IMG/VR virus record: IMGVR_UViG_3300048848_000069
Coordinates: 1 to 49,454 of that record
Direction: 5' to 3' (one strand)
DNA: 49,454 nt
DNA from: a virus
Lineage: Duplodnaviria; Caudoviricetes
Within the stretch, counting starts at the first letter, position 1. Each line of letters opens with the position of its first letter. A program made the translations under genes and the position numbers. Below the pieces are notes generated by a model. That model searched no databases and had not been told where the DNA came from. It worked only from the letters and a program-made list of their open reading frames with translations. Below, one piece after another: positions 17,461 through 26,762 of the stretch.

Positions 17461-18000
17461 TTACGCCTTCGGCAGATCGTCTACTTGCTTTTGCAACGAC
17501 TCTTTCGAGGCGTTGGCGCGGTAGGTAACTTTGGCAGCGTCCAGCTTGGCCTTGAGCTCTGCGATTTCCTTCGCCTCTGCTTCATCCTGGCGAGCTTTGT
17601 CAGCCTGGGCCTGCAGATCGTCTACCTGCTTCTGCAACTCGGCAGACTTAGCCAGTGCGTCGTCACGGCTATCGGCCAAGCTCTGCATGTTCGACTGGAT
17701 ACCACTCAGCGCCTGATGAATGCGCAGTGCTGGGCCATCGCCTTCAACAGGGTTCAGCACGCCAACCTCAAGGCCGTCAGCCAAAGAATTCACGGCATCA
17801 AGCTGGAGTGTTTCGATGGATGGGTCGGCTCCGCCACCGCTGTTGCGACCACCGCCCTCTGTGATGCGAGTACGCGCGTGGCCAACGCCACCGGTTTCGC
17901 CCACAGTTTCAGGTCCTACTGTGATCTTGCCTTCAGTGCCGCCGAAGCCCCAGCGCGCTTTCAGGTCGGGGTCGATGTGGTTGTCTTTCTGGATAGCCAT
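17461..18000 (-). CDS. Hypothetical head-associated protein (coiled coil, HeH/LEM-like C-terminus)
   Basis: Follows the major capsid gene; ends ELKAKLDAAKVTYRANASKESLQ. Confidence 0.65.
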   Translation of the reverse strand: MAIQKDNHIDPDLKARWGFGGTEGKITVGPETVGETGGVGHARTRITEGGGRNSGGGADPSIETLQLDAVNSLADGLEVGVLNPVEGDGPALRIHQALSGIQSNMQSLADSRDDALAKSAELQKQVDDLQAQADKARQDEAEAKEIAELKAKLDAAKVTYRANASKESLQKQVDDLPKA

Positions 18001-18048
18001 GTTGCTTCTCCTCAGGAGGTCCAGCCCCCAATGAGGGCTGGATGTCGG

Positions 18049-19074
18049 TTAGGCCGCTGCGACGGTGGAAGTGATGAACGCGAGCGGGACCTGCTTGCGA
18101 GCGAACTTGCGTTCCCAGTTGGTAGCCAGTGCCAGGTCGGACCAGTTCGCCGAGATTGGGCGAGTGGTGGTCGGGGTGCCAGTGATGGTGGTACCGGTGA
18201 ACGAGTAACCCAGCGGGTGAATCACAAAGTTGCGACGAGTCCACAAGGTCTCGGTACCGCCACCGTTGCCACGGTCAGGAGCACGCTCGTATTCCAGACC
18301 GTCGAGCCCTTCTGGCTGCTGCTCAGCGAAACCCATGGCGCCCGGGCCGAAGATGACCGACAGGTACTTGGCAGCAGCACCAGTGCCGATGACAGGCGTG
18401 CCGTCGTCAACCACCACGCGCATACCCTGGAAGCGACCTTGGAAGTCAGGTTCTTGCTCGGCGATCGGGGTGAAGTCGATCTGATTCTGAATGGACAGCT
18501 CGGTGTGAACTGCCGAGTGCATGGCGATTACGGCCAAGCCGCCCAGCTGACCGGTGTAGTCGCCCATGGTCGCCTTGGCGCGGATGATCGCAGTCGGGCT
18601 GATGACGCCGCCGGCATCGATGACCATGTCGCCGCCGTTGCCTGCAACGTTGTCGTTGTAGATGCCGATCGAAGTTGCGATCGCACGGCGCTGAGCCACA
18701 CGCCGCCAGTAGCTGAGCAGGCGGCCTGCAACGAACTCAAGCGGATCCTGCTTGGTGATGTTCTTCACCAAGTTCATGCAGTTCCAGCCTTCGTTGAGGT
18801 ACGCAGCGCGCGCCTGCATGGAAGCACTGGTGACCGACAGCGGTACCGCGATGTCGGTGTACACGTCGTTCGAGTAGTTCGACTCGATGGACGCATCCAG
18901 ATCGACCCACCACGGGATTGTGAAGGTGTTGGATGGGCTGGCCAGCAGCGCAGTCATGTCCGCGTTGGTGGTCAGGATGCCCGACTCGAAGAACGCAGTG
19001 CGCTCCACCGAGTTGACGGCGATGTAGTCGCGCAGTTCGTCGCGGAACACGACGTCCGAGAGAATGGTTGGCAT
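18049..19074 (-). CDS. Major capsid protein
   Basis: 341 aa after the scaffold gene; AFFESGI, IAMHSAV, GMRVVVDD and RRNFVIHPLGYSF motifs. Confidence 0.9.
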   Translation of the reverse strand: MPTILSDVVFRDELRDYIAVNSVERTAFFESGILTTNADMTALLASPSNTFTIPWWVDLDASIESNYSNDVYTDIAVPLSVTSASMQARAAYLNEGWNCMNLVKNITKQDPLEFVAGRLLSYWRRVAQRRAIATSIGIYNDNVAGNGGDMVIDAGGVISPTAIIRAKATMGDYTGQLGGLAVIAMHSAVHTELSIQNQIDFTPIAEQEPDFQGRFQGMRVVVDDGTPVIGTGAAAKYLSVIFGPGAMGFAEQQPEGLDGLEYERAPDRGNGGGTETLWTRRNFVIHPLGYSFTGTTITGTPTTTRPISANWSDLALATNWERKFARKQVPLAFITSTVAAA

Positions 19075-19085
19075 TGCAGGTTCCT

Positions 19086-19781
19086 TTACTTGGCCTCAGC
19101 AGCCGCTTTCATGCGTGCGTGCTCGGCGGGGTTGGTTCGGCGGAGCTCAACGCGCTCCATACCGGTCATTTGGTCCCACGTTTTGGTGGCCCCGCCACCC
19201 TTACCCCCGGCAGCCCCGCCGCCGTTCGCTTGACTGCCGCGCACCAATGCTGCGTAGCGCGGCGCTAGCTGGAATTCTTTTGCCAGGTCTTCGAGACTGG
19301 CGATGGTCAGGTTGCCCGCGGCATCCGTGACCTTGACCTGCCCTTCTACGATCTTCAGGCGGCGCTGCACGAACTCAGCGAGGATCTCAGCGTTCTCGCC
19401 CTCGGCGATGCCGGAGGCGATCTTGCTGGCCGCTGAAATCAGGTCGCGGCGCTCGATGCTGGAGGTCAGCTCGGCAAGGCGTGCACGTTCGGCCGCGAGG
19501 GCCTGCTCGCTGCTGGCGTATAGCTGCTCGAAGTCGCCCTTTGCCTTGGCAGCGTCGAGCTTTTCACGCTCCAGCTTTTCGTCAGCCTCACGGCGCAGGC
19601 GCTTGGCTTCCTTCGCCTCATCCAGGAGTGTTTGGTTCTGGCGCTTCAAGCCCTCCAGATCCTCACTGCCAGCGGGCAGGCCTTCAACGATCAGGACGAA
19701 CTGGTCGCCCTGCGCTTTGTAGAGGGCCTGCATGGATGGTTCGAGTGCGTCGAATGCTGCCTTGTCGATCAGATATTTCAT
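19086..19781 (-). CDS. Capsid scaffolding protein
   Basis: Charged coiled coil with a GGGAAGG linker and C-terminal helix, directly upstream of the capsid gene. Confidence 0.8.
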   Translation of the reverse strand: MKYLIDKAAFDALEPSMQALYKAQGDQFVLIVEGLPAGSEDLEGLKRQNQTLLDEAKEAKRLRREADEKLEREKLDAAKAKGDFEQLYASSEQALAAERARLAELTSSIERRDLISAASKIASGIAEGENAEILAEFVQRRLKIVEGQVKVTDAAGNLTIASLEDLAKEFQLAPRYAALVRGSQANGGGAAGGKGGGATKTWDQMTGMERVELRRTNPAEHARMKAAAEAK

Positions 19782-19898
19782 GTCATCCCCCGGATGATTT
19801 GCCGTTGGCTCAGCCGCAGGCATAAAAAAACCCCGCCATTGGCGAGGTCGTTGGAATTCGTGGTCATTAGTTCCGCTAAGGGTTGCTTGAGCCCTTCT

Positions 19899-20480
19899 CT
19901 ACGCGTTGACAGCCTCTTGATAAAGCAGCTTTGCAAAATCCGCGTTGAGCTCTTTTCTAAATTCAGCGATGCCCGTGCCTACGATTAACTGCAGGCCGCT
20001 GAAGTCTCGGCAGCCCAGTTCATGTTCGATCTCTAGTGCGAGGCTGAGGTACATGGAGCTGTCCAAACTGAGGCGTCGAGTTTCTCCGTACTCATAACGG
20101 CCCATTGTCTCGCTGTATCGCGGGACAGGTGTTCGGTTAATCAGCGCCTGCTTCTTCAGTCGAGGCGACCGTATATAAATACCCGTCACAATCGCCGGCT
20201 TCTCTCCAGTTGAAACGAGGTCGATAGAGAAGTTGTCCTGGGTGAGGTACTGATTAATTTCAATCCGGGCAGTGTTGTCCCTTCTCTGGCGGTCCGCCAG
20301 GTAAAGCGCAACCAACGCCGCTGAAACGGACCCGATCCCGGATACCCAATCTGCAAGACTTCCCCAGTCGGGTACGAATTTTACGGTAGCTTGGGGGTTC
20401 ATGTTTATTCCTGCTGTCACACCCAAGAGCGCGCAAACCGTGCAGGCAAATATTATCCCGACGCCCAACATCCACTTCAC
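19899..20480 (-). CDS. Membrane-anchored moron, hypothetical
   Basis: Two N-terminal hydrophobic segments (WGSLADWVSGIGSVSAALVALYL); hairpin plus T-run terminator at about 19823-19849. Confidence 0.7.
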   Translation of the reverse strand: MKWMLGVGIIFACTVCALLGVTAGINMNPQATVKFVPDWGSLADWVSGIGSVSAALVALYLADRQRRDNTARIEINQYLTQDNFSIDLVSTGEKPAIVTGIYIRSPRLKKQALINRTPVPRYSETMGRYEYGETRRLSLDSSMYLSLALEIEHELGCRDFSGLQLIVGTGIAEFRKELNADFAKLLYQEAVNA

Positions 20481-20518
20481 TTGAACACCTCAAACGGTTT
20501 TGCCGGCAATCTAGCATG

Positions 20519-21562
20519 CTATAGGCCAGAAGCCTCAAAAGCGCGAGGCTCCATGTCTCTAAGCTGTTGCAGGTTCAGCGTCTTGCCGTTGTCGTCGACG
20601 AACTTGTCGAGGGTCAGGTCGCCCTTTGTGAACAGGGCATACCGTTTCGGCCCCAGAACATCGCGCTGGAAGGCGACAGGCTGGCGTGACAGCCAGTCCT
20701 GATAACTCGTCTTGCTGGATACCAGCTCCACACCGTCCGGGCCGATTGAGGGCCGCGTCGAGCCTTTGATCTCGCGGGCAAACTCATCCTTGAGCACTGG
20801 CAGCGCACTTGATCGGCAACTCCAGTGACCCGGCGGCTTTGGATCGTCCCAGCCATACATGTGCTGGTCCCGCGCTTGGCACATCGGACTGGTCTTCGAG
20901 TCGAGGGTCGATATCCAGCGCCAGCCCTCCAGGATGTCGTCGTTTGCCTTGAGCGTTTCCATGCGCGCCGTGCTGGCGACATGGTTGGTCATGGTGCGGA
21001 CGAGGGACGATGCCTGGTCCTGATGAAGCTGATGGACGCTGGTAAGTCGCCGGCCGATCTGCTGGCTGGTCTCGCCCAGGCTGGAGCCGATATGAATCTC
21101 GCCGATGATCTCGGCGGCCTTCTTGGTCCCGAACTGGTCAAGCGCACCGCCGATGCTGATCCGCTGGGCACCCTTCCGCGCTTCGAGGATCAGCGGATCT
21201 GCCAAGGCTGCTGCACTCACCATCTCAGCAGACGGCACGTTGAGCTGAACCACCAGCTTCACGACCTTGCCCAGCATAGTGGCGTTGAACTCGGCCTCGT
21301 ATGCCGCGAATTCGCCGAGGTCCAGTTGAGCGCGGCCCTTCAAGTTGTCATAGATGCCCCGCAAATCGCCCTGCAGCGTTTCTATCTGCGAGTTGTACCG
21401 CTGAGTGCCGTAAGCGCTCAGTCCAGCCGATACGCGAGCCTTGGCGGTATTGATGGCTTTGCTGATGAACGATGCCACCCGCTTGAGGTTGCCGCCGGCG
21501 TATCGCTGGACGTAGACCTGGTGTCGAGTGGTGGCATCCGTCAGATAGCCTTCGCTACTCAT
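20519..21562 (-). CDS. Minor head / head morphogenesis protein (SPP1 gp7 / Mu F family)
   Basis: WISTLDSKTSPMCQARD...PPGHWSCRS motif. Confidence 0.9.
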   Translation of the reverse strand: MSSEGYLTDATTRHQVYVQRYAGGNLKRVASFISKAINTAKARVSAGLSAYGTQRYNSQIETLQGDLRGIYDNLKGRAQLDLGEFAAYEAEFNATMLGKVVKLVVQLNVPSAEMVSAAALADPLILEARKGAQRISIGGALDQFGTKKAAEIIGEIHIGSSLGETSQQIGRRLTSVHQLHQDQASSLVRTMTNHVASTARMETLKANDDILEGWRWISTLDSKTSPMCQARDQHMYGWDDPKPPGHWSCRSSALPVLKDEFAREIKGSTRPSIGPDGVELVSSKTSYQDWLSRQPVAFQRDVLGPKRYALFTKGDLTLDKFVDDNGKTLNLQQLRDMEPRAFEASGL

Positions 21563-23015
21563 CGGTCACCTCGGGCTGCTTTGTGCCAGTAGGGTCATCC
21601 TCGCTGCCCAGAACCGGAGCATCGCCCTCGCGGTCGTCGTCGATATCGTCGTCCGTGCGATCCGACTCGATGACGCCCGCTTGGCGCAGGTTGGTCCGCA
21701 AGTCCTTCTTGGCGATGATGCCCTGCTGCCAGAGCTGCACCTGAGCCAGGATGGCCTGAGCGTCCATGACCTGATCGAAGAATTCCTGGTTGAGCCAGAA
21801 CACCGTCCCGGTCTCGTCCACGGCGTCCATCATGAAGCGCTGGGCGTCGAACAAAGCGAGGCGGATTGCCTCGGACACGTTGCCTGCGATGGTACCGAGC
21901 ACCGAGTTATCAGAGCTGTAACGGATGCGAACAGCCTCCGCCGTCTCAGCGCCGCCGCCCTGTTGGACGATACGCGCGCCGATCATGAGCATCTGCTCTT
22001 CCTTGTCCTTCATCAGCTCCCGGGCCAGCTGGCTCTCATCGGCTTGAAGAAAGGTGGCAGTCCCTGATTTGCCGAGGTTGTGGCCTCTACGCGACCCGAT
22101 CTGCATTCCATTCGGGTTCAGCTTGATGAAGCTGTCCGGGTCAATGTCAGTGGTGATGAACAGGGTTGGCTGCGAGGCGATAAAGCCCGACTCCTCCACC
22201 GTGGCACTGTTGCCGTAGTGCAGGATGTTGACTTCGGCCAAGTCCTCAAGCGGGGCCTTGTCGATGCTGGCGTCGTTGTTCTGCGCGCCGAAGAAGTGGA
22301 ACGGGATGTGGTCAAAGGTCTTGCCGGTCTTGTCCTTTGGCTCGCTTTCTTCGCCGTCCTGCCGGTCCTCGCTGTACACGCGCTGGATGTACCGGCCGCC
22401 GATCAACATCAACGCGCGGTACTGATCCTTGGCGACGAACTCGAAACCGTCCTCGGTGGGCTCGTTGATCTTTTCGTGCAGCACGACGAGCGTCAGTCGC
22501 TTCACACCGTCGATCACATCCTCACGCCAGTTCACGATGGTCTCGGCTGGGTAGAAGTGGACGTAAGCGCGCGCCTTCGCTGCCTGGGCAACAGTGAGTG
22601 ACGTCTGCCCCTCTGGCATCTGAACCTTAGGGTAATCGACGAGAAACCCGCCTCTCCCTGTGTCCAGGCACTCACCCGTGGCTTCCTTGCACAGCTGCTC
22701 AAGGCTTGCGCCGTCACCGCTGACATTCTCCAGCAGGTAGTTGATCGCCGCCGGCAGTTCGACCTCAGCCGTCTTGCGGAAGACTGCGCCCATCAGGCCG
22801 GTGCGAGTGCGCCCGGTGACGTTGAGGAACATCGCGCGGCGCTTGAGTTGCTGATACCGCTCCTTGTTCTCTTCCGACAGGTTAAGCGGGTCCGGCATCG
22901 GCAGGTATTCGTCATACTTGCGGACCTCACGCGGGCCAGCAACGCAGCGTTTGACCAGCTGCCAGCCGGGCAAGGCCTCCGTGTACTCTGCCCGGACGGC
23001 GCTGTAATTGGGCAT
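21555..23015 (-). CDS. Portal protein (DUF4055 type)
   Basis: 486 aa after TerL; YLP...Y..RA.F.N.T.RT..GL.G.VFRK pattern. Confidence 0.88.
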   Translation of the reverse strand: MPNYSAVRAEYTEALPGWQLVKRCVAGPREVRKYDEYLPMPDPLNLSEENKERYQQLKRRAMFLNVTGRTRTGLMGAVFRKTAEVELPAAINYLLENVSGDGASLEQLCKEATGECLDTGRGGFLVDYPKVQMPEGQTSLTVAQAAKARAYVHFYPAETIVNWREDVIDGVKRLTLVVLHEKINEPTEDGFEFVAKDQYRALMLIGGRYIQRVYSEDRQDGEESEPKDKTGKTFDHIPFHFFGAQNNDASIDKAPLEDLAEVNILHYGNSATVEESGFIASQPTLFITTDIDPDSFIKLNPNGMQIGSRRGHNLGKSGTATFLQADESQLARELMKDKEEQMLMIGARIVQQGGGAETAEAVRIRYSSDNSVLGTIAGNVSEAIRLALFDAQRFMMDAVDETGTVFWLNQEFFDQVMDAQAILAQVQLWQQGIIAKKDLRTNLRQAGVIESDRTDDDIDDDREGDAPVLGSEDDPTGTKQPEVTDE

Positions 23016-23022
23016 ATCGGCC

Positions 23023-24510
23023 TCAGAACGTGAAGGTGACAGGAATGTGGGTCATGGTTGCGCGCTTGGTCTTGGCGACGGCGAAGTAGCGGAAGGCGTC
23101 AGCAGGGTGGGAGGCCCAGTCATGAAGCGGCCGGTCTTTCCAGCAGCCCTTTTTGTCGTCCCACTCCTTGCGGTAGTTCTCCAGCGCGGTGATGCCCTCT
23201 TCGCATTTGGATTCGTCGAAGGCGCAGTGGCCGAGGATCTCGCGCGCCTGGTCAATGCCGTCATCGACACCGATCTTCGGCACTACCTGGAACGTCATGC
23301 GGTAGTGCTGGCCGTCGATCTCGTAGCCCTCACGCGCCATCTCTCGTCGGGTCTTCGCATCGCTGCTGAACTCACGGTTGTCGATGTCGTGAGGGCCCCA
23401 GTGCTCGGAGTACACGTAGCCGCGATCCTTAAGCACCTTCATGTAGTGCCGCAGGCCTTCCCCGCTGTTCTGGTAGAAGTCGATGACGTGGAACTCAGTG
23501 CCGACCTGACGCACGAACCAGATGGCCGTGGAGTCGCCGACGCCGATATCCCAAAACGTCATCACCGGCTGGTGGCTGTTGTCTGGCAGCACGCCAATAC
23601 GCTGCGAGGCGTAGAGCTTGGCGAACTGGCGGGCGTAGTAGGCGCCCTCGACCGACTGCTGGAACGCTTCGGCCGGTATCGACGGGTATTCCCGCTTCAT
23701 GTCGTCGCCGAGCGTCTTCTCTTTGGCCGAGTACCACGCACGCTGTCCAGGGTTCGTGACGATCCCGTGCCGCGCTTGCAGTTCGTTGAAGTAGAGGGTC
23801 AGCCGATCAGGAATGATGACTTCGGTCGGGTCCAGCCAGTAGAACGGGTTGCGCCACCAACTGAAGAAAAAGAACTTCCAGTCGAGCTTGCCCAGCGGTA
23901 CGCCGGACAGCTGTTGCTTTTCCGCGCTCTGCGAGTAATCGAAGAAATAACCTGCCCTGCCCTCCGCCGTCGACTCGATGGTGACGAAACAGTCTGAGGC
24001 GACCGCCTCGAATGCCCCGGTGACGATCTCTCGGGCCTTGTGGGGAAACTTGGCGCAGATCTTCCCGAACTCGGATACGTGCAGATACCGTAGAGTCCCG
24101 CCCCGGAAGGATGTGGACACGTAAAGCGATCCGCCCTTGCTGAACACAAGCTCACCAGCAGCATCGTTAGAAGCAGGATTGGCAGCGCGTATCTCCTTGG
24201 GGAGGTTGTCGTACGCATACTTGATCTTCTCGCGGAACAGGCGCTTAGCATCGTTGAGCGTGTGGGCAATCAGCGCGCACTTGGCAGACTCAAATAGAGC
24301 GGCGTCCAGCTGCACGATACAAACCAGCGTCGTGAAGCCGAGCTGACGCGCCTTCAGGATGATGTTGCGCGTGTGCATGCCCTGGAAGTAGTCGATCTGC
24401 TCCTGCGTCATACGGAAGCGGACTTTCTTCCCGTTCTTGTCAGTAATGAAATACAGGTTGTTCAGGCGCCAGAACCGATCCCTGAGCAGCTTCAAGTGCT
24501 CGGGCTTCAT
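23023..24510 (-). CDS. terL: Terminase large subunit
   Basis: Walker A KARQLGFTT, Walker B YLHVSE, ESTAEG, WDIGVGD nuclease motif, HPADAFRY. Confidence 0.95.
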   Translation of the reverse strand: MKPEHLKLLRDRFWRLNNLYFITDKNGKKVRFRMTQEQIDYFQGMHTRNIILKARQLGFTTLVCIVQLDAALFESAKCALIAHTLNDAKRLFREKIKYAYDNLPKEIRAANPASNDAAGELVFSKGGSLYVSTSFRGGTLRYLHVSEFGKICAKFPHKAREIVTGAFEAVASDCFVTIESTAEGRAGYFFDYSQSAEKQQLSGVPLGKLDWKFFFFSWWRNPFYWLDPTEVIIPDRLTLYFNELQARHGIVTNPGQRAWYSAKEKTLGDDMKREYPSIPAEAFQQSVEGAYYARQFAKLYASQRIGVLPDNSHQPVMTFWDIGVGDSTAIWFVRQVGTEFHVIDFYQNSGEGLRHYMKVLKDRGYVYSEHWGPHDIDNREFSSDAKTRREMAREGYEIDGQHYRMTFQVVPKIGVDDGIDQAREILGHCAFDESKCEEGITALENYRKEWDDKKGCWKDRPLHDWASHPADAFRYFAVAKTKRATMTHIPVTFTF

Positions 24511-24511
24511 G

Positions 24512-25027
24512 TCAGGCGTCCTTCGATAGTTCGTCAATCAGAGAGGCCAGGGTGTCGACTGTCTTGTCGCCTTCCTCGGTGTCGAGGTTGTAGGCCTGAC
24601 GCTCGCCCTTGATGACCTTGAGCTGGGCGTCCACACCGGCGTTCAGTGAGCGCGAGAAGTCGCCGATGTTGTCTTCGGTCACCTCGATCTCTTTCAGCGC
24701 AGCACTGAGCTTGTTCGCGATGCCACGCCATTGGGCCAGGTCAACACGGTGAGCCAGAACGACGGAAGCTGCCTGTGTAGCAGCCTCTTCAACGATCTCA
24801 GCATCTTCACGCTGCGTGACGCTAGTGCGTGAAGTGTCGCGTGAAAGCTTTCCGTGCGTAGCGGTGCGGACCTGGGCTGTAAGGTCCCGCAACCATCCAT
24901 GCTTCTTGGCTCTGCTGCGAATCGTTCCTTCGTTCGTGTCGTACTTATCGGCGATGCCACGCAGGGATAACGACCCGGCCCGGTAGGCTCGTTCAATGGC
25001 CTCCCAGTCGGGTTGCTTCGTTGTCAT
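24512..25027 (-). CDS. terS: Terminase small subunit
   Basis: PDWEAIERAYRAG..SLR.IA..Y...EGTIRSRAKKHGW HTH; directly upstream of terL. Confidence 0.85.
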   Translation of the reverse strand: MTTKQPDWEAIERAYRAGSLSLRGIADKYDTNEGTIRSRAKKHGWLRDLTAQVRTATHGKLSRDTSRTSVTQREDAEIVEEAATQAASVVLAHRVDLAQWRGIANKLSAALKEIEVTEDNIGDFSRSLNAGVDAQLKVIKGERQAYNLDTEEGDKTVDTLASLIDELSKDA

Positions 25028-25076
25028 TGGATCACCAACGTAGTATTTAAAAGGGCTTTGATAAGGAGTTCATTAC

Positions 25077-25535
25077 ATGCCAACAAATATGGAACGGTTC
25101 GACCAATTGACTGGCGCTGTTTTTGCGCGCCTCTATGAGGCTTTCCCAGAGCCGGTTGCGTTAGATGCTTTCCCTTTCCTAAAGGACATTGCACCAGACG
25201 GCCAGAATCCGGAGCAGCAGAATGAACAGGCTTTTAACGCGCCTGAATTTTTCAGCTACACCGTTCGTTGGCTGGCAGAAACCGGGTACTTAACCCATGC
25301 CAAGCAGTATCTCGGTCGACCATCTACTTACGAAGAATGTGTCCTTACCGCCAAAGGCTTGGAAGCTTTGAAAGCCACTCCGAAGAGCATTGCAGGCGGG
25401 AAAAGTATTGGTCAATCTCTGCAGGATGCAGCAAAAAAAGGCGCTCTCGACTCAATCAAGAAGCTATCCGGTGAAGCGTTAAGTGCTGGGGTGCACCTCG
25501 CTGTTGGTGCTGCCAGAGCCCATCTATTGACATAA
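25077..25535 (+). CDS. Antisense moron, hypothetical with winged-helix-like segment
   Basis: TAAGGAG RBS; WLAETGYL...LTAKGLEAL wHTH-like pattern; opposite strand to the late operon. Confidence 0.75.
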   Translation: MPTNMERFDQLTGAVFARLYEAFPEPVALDAFPFLKDIAPDGQNPEQQNEQAFNAPEFFSYTVRWLAETGYLTHAKQYLGRPSTYEECVLTAKGLEALKATPKSIAGGKSIGQSLQDAAKKGALDSIKKLSGEALSAGVHLAVGAARAHLLT

Positions 25536-25572
25536 CCATTAACAAAGACAGGACGCCTGTGGACTATGGTCG

Positions 25573-25911
25573 CTATTGATTCGCCCGTTCGAGCACTTCG
25601 CCGGCCTTGTCTGCGGCTTGGTCTGCCTTCTCGGCCGCCTTGCTGGCACTGTCAGCAGCGGCTTCAACTTTGCCTGCTGCCTCCTTGGTGCTGTCGGCCA
25701 GCTTGGTCAGGCGAAGGTCTCGCTGCTTGAGCGCTTCGTCGTAAGCGGTGCGGACCTGAGTGACCTGGTTGCTGTACCAGCTGGCGAGCGACCACTGTGA
25801 TGCACCGAAGCCCAACGAAAACGACCCGGCGACGATCAACAGTGCGATCACCCATACCTCTACCCGGCGCCACCAGCGTCGAGCGATAAACTCCACTGCA
25901 CATCTGTCCAT
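25573..25911 (-). CDS. Membrane protein with periplasmic coiled coil (possible lysis accessory)
   Basis: N-terminal TM segment then Ala/Lys-rich coiled coil; coupled to the upstream gene. Confidence 0.65.
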   Translation of the reverse strand: MDRCAVEFIARRWWRRVEVWVIALLIVAGSFSLGFGASQWSLASWYSNQVTQVRTAYDEALKQRDLRLTKLADSTKEAAGKVEAAADSASKAAEKADQAADKAGEVLERANQ

Positions 25912-26279
25912 CAGGCTGCTCCTCCAAGTTTGGACAGCCGCGCTATCTCCGCGCTTTGGCTGGCCACCTTATCTGTGAGTTGTGCGACCTGGCTGGTGAG
26001 GGCCTCTATCTTGCCCTCCATACGGCCTACTGCGGCTGCAAGTTCGTTACGTTCTTTCGCGAACTGATCCGCTCTGGCATCCGACTCCTTTCGGGCGGCG
26101 CGCTCTGAATCGAGCAATTCGTTGAGGCGCCGGACAGTGCCGATGTCGGCATTGTCCATGGCTCTGTCTGCGGCGTCCTTTGAGAGGAACTTGCGAAGCC
26201 ACAGGAAGCCACCCAGCAAAACGGTTCCCGTGCCGCCCAGCCAGGTAGCTGTGCCTGGGCCGAGGTCGGTTGGGTCCAT
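25911..26279 (-). CDS. Holin-like single-TM coiled-coil protein
   Basis: MDPTDLGPGTATWLGGTGTVLLGGFLWLRK; first late gene after Q, the usual holin position. Confidence 0.6.
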   Translation of the reverse strand: MDPTDLGPGTATWLGGTGTVLLGGFLWLRKFLSKDAADRAMDNADIGTVRRLNELLDSERAARKESDARADQFAKERNELAAAVGRMEGKIEALTSQVAQLTDKVASQSAEIARLSKLGGAA

Positions 26280-26357
26280 TTCTACTCCGGGTACTGATAA
26301 GGCCCTCGCTGAACATGACGATCAGAGGTTCCGAGGGTTTTGGGAAATTGGAGACAA

Positions 26358-26394
26358 TAAAAAACCCCAGCCGATCTTGCAAAGGCTGGGGTTT
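26358..26394 (-). terminator. Intrinsic terminator (tR'-like)
   Basis: ACCCCAGCC...GGCTGGGGT stem with an A-run on its left. Confidence 0.75.
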
Positions 26395-26417
26395 AGTTTG
26401 GTGCGCGGACCTGAGCG

Positions 26418-26534
26418 CTATACCTGTAGGCTAGGAACAGCCTGAATGCTGAGTGCGGGAAGGTTGTTAACATACAGGGCTGTCGCAGCATTAGCCAAAA
26501 GTGTAGCAATGGAAATACGTAGAAGTTTACCCAT
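26418..26534 (-). CDS. Possible 38-aa hydrophobic peptide
   Basis: AAAGGGGG RBS before ATG; MGKLLRISIATLLANAATALYV... Confidence 0.35.
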   Translation of the reverse strand: MGKLLRISIATLLANAATALYVNNLPALSIQAVPSLQV

Positions 26535-26723
26535 AGAAATACCCCCTTTCAGTCCAGGTTGTTGAGTTGATGAAGAGATTCTTGTTTGTACGCACCATAG
26601 AATGATGAGAATGAAACCAAAGAATGCAGCCCCTTCTAACGTCAACAATCTCCCTGCACCGCTCACTCCTGTTAAGAGCAATCGGTCATCACCTCCAACG
26701 CGCAGAGGTGACAGGATGTTGAT

Positions 26724-26752
26724 ATCCTCTCTCACTTTCTCACTGTTTGCAA
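26724..26752 (-). promoter_or_regulatory. Putative late promoter (pR'-like)
   Basis: TTGCAA-17 bp-GAGGAT immediately after the Q-like gene, followed by a CACCTC/GAGGTG hairpin. Confidence 0.45.
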
Positions 26753-26762
26753 TGGCTTTTCG

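Noticed and set aside
17440-19233. 597-aa plus-strand ORF
   Set aside because: Antisense shadow of the capsid genes, expected from high-GC codon bias.
23008-23997. 329-aa plus-strand ORF and similar long antisense ORFs over TMP, portal and the 36917-38795 genes
   Set aside because: They overlap well-supported genes on the other strand and lack RBS or motifs.
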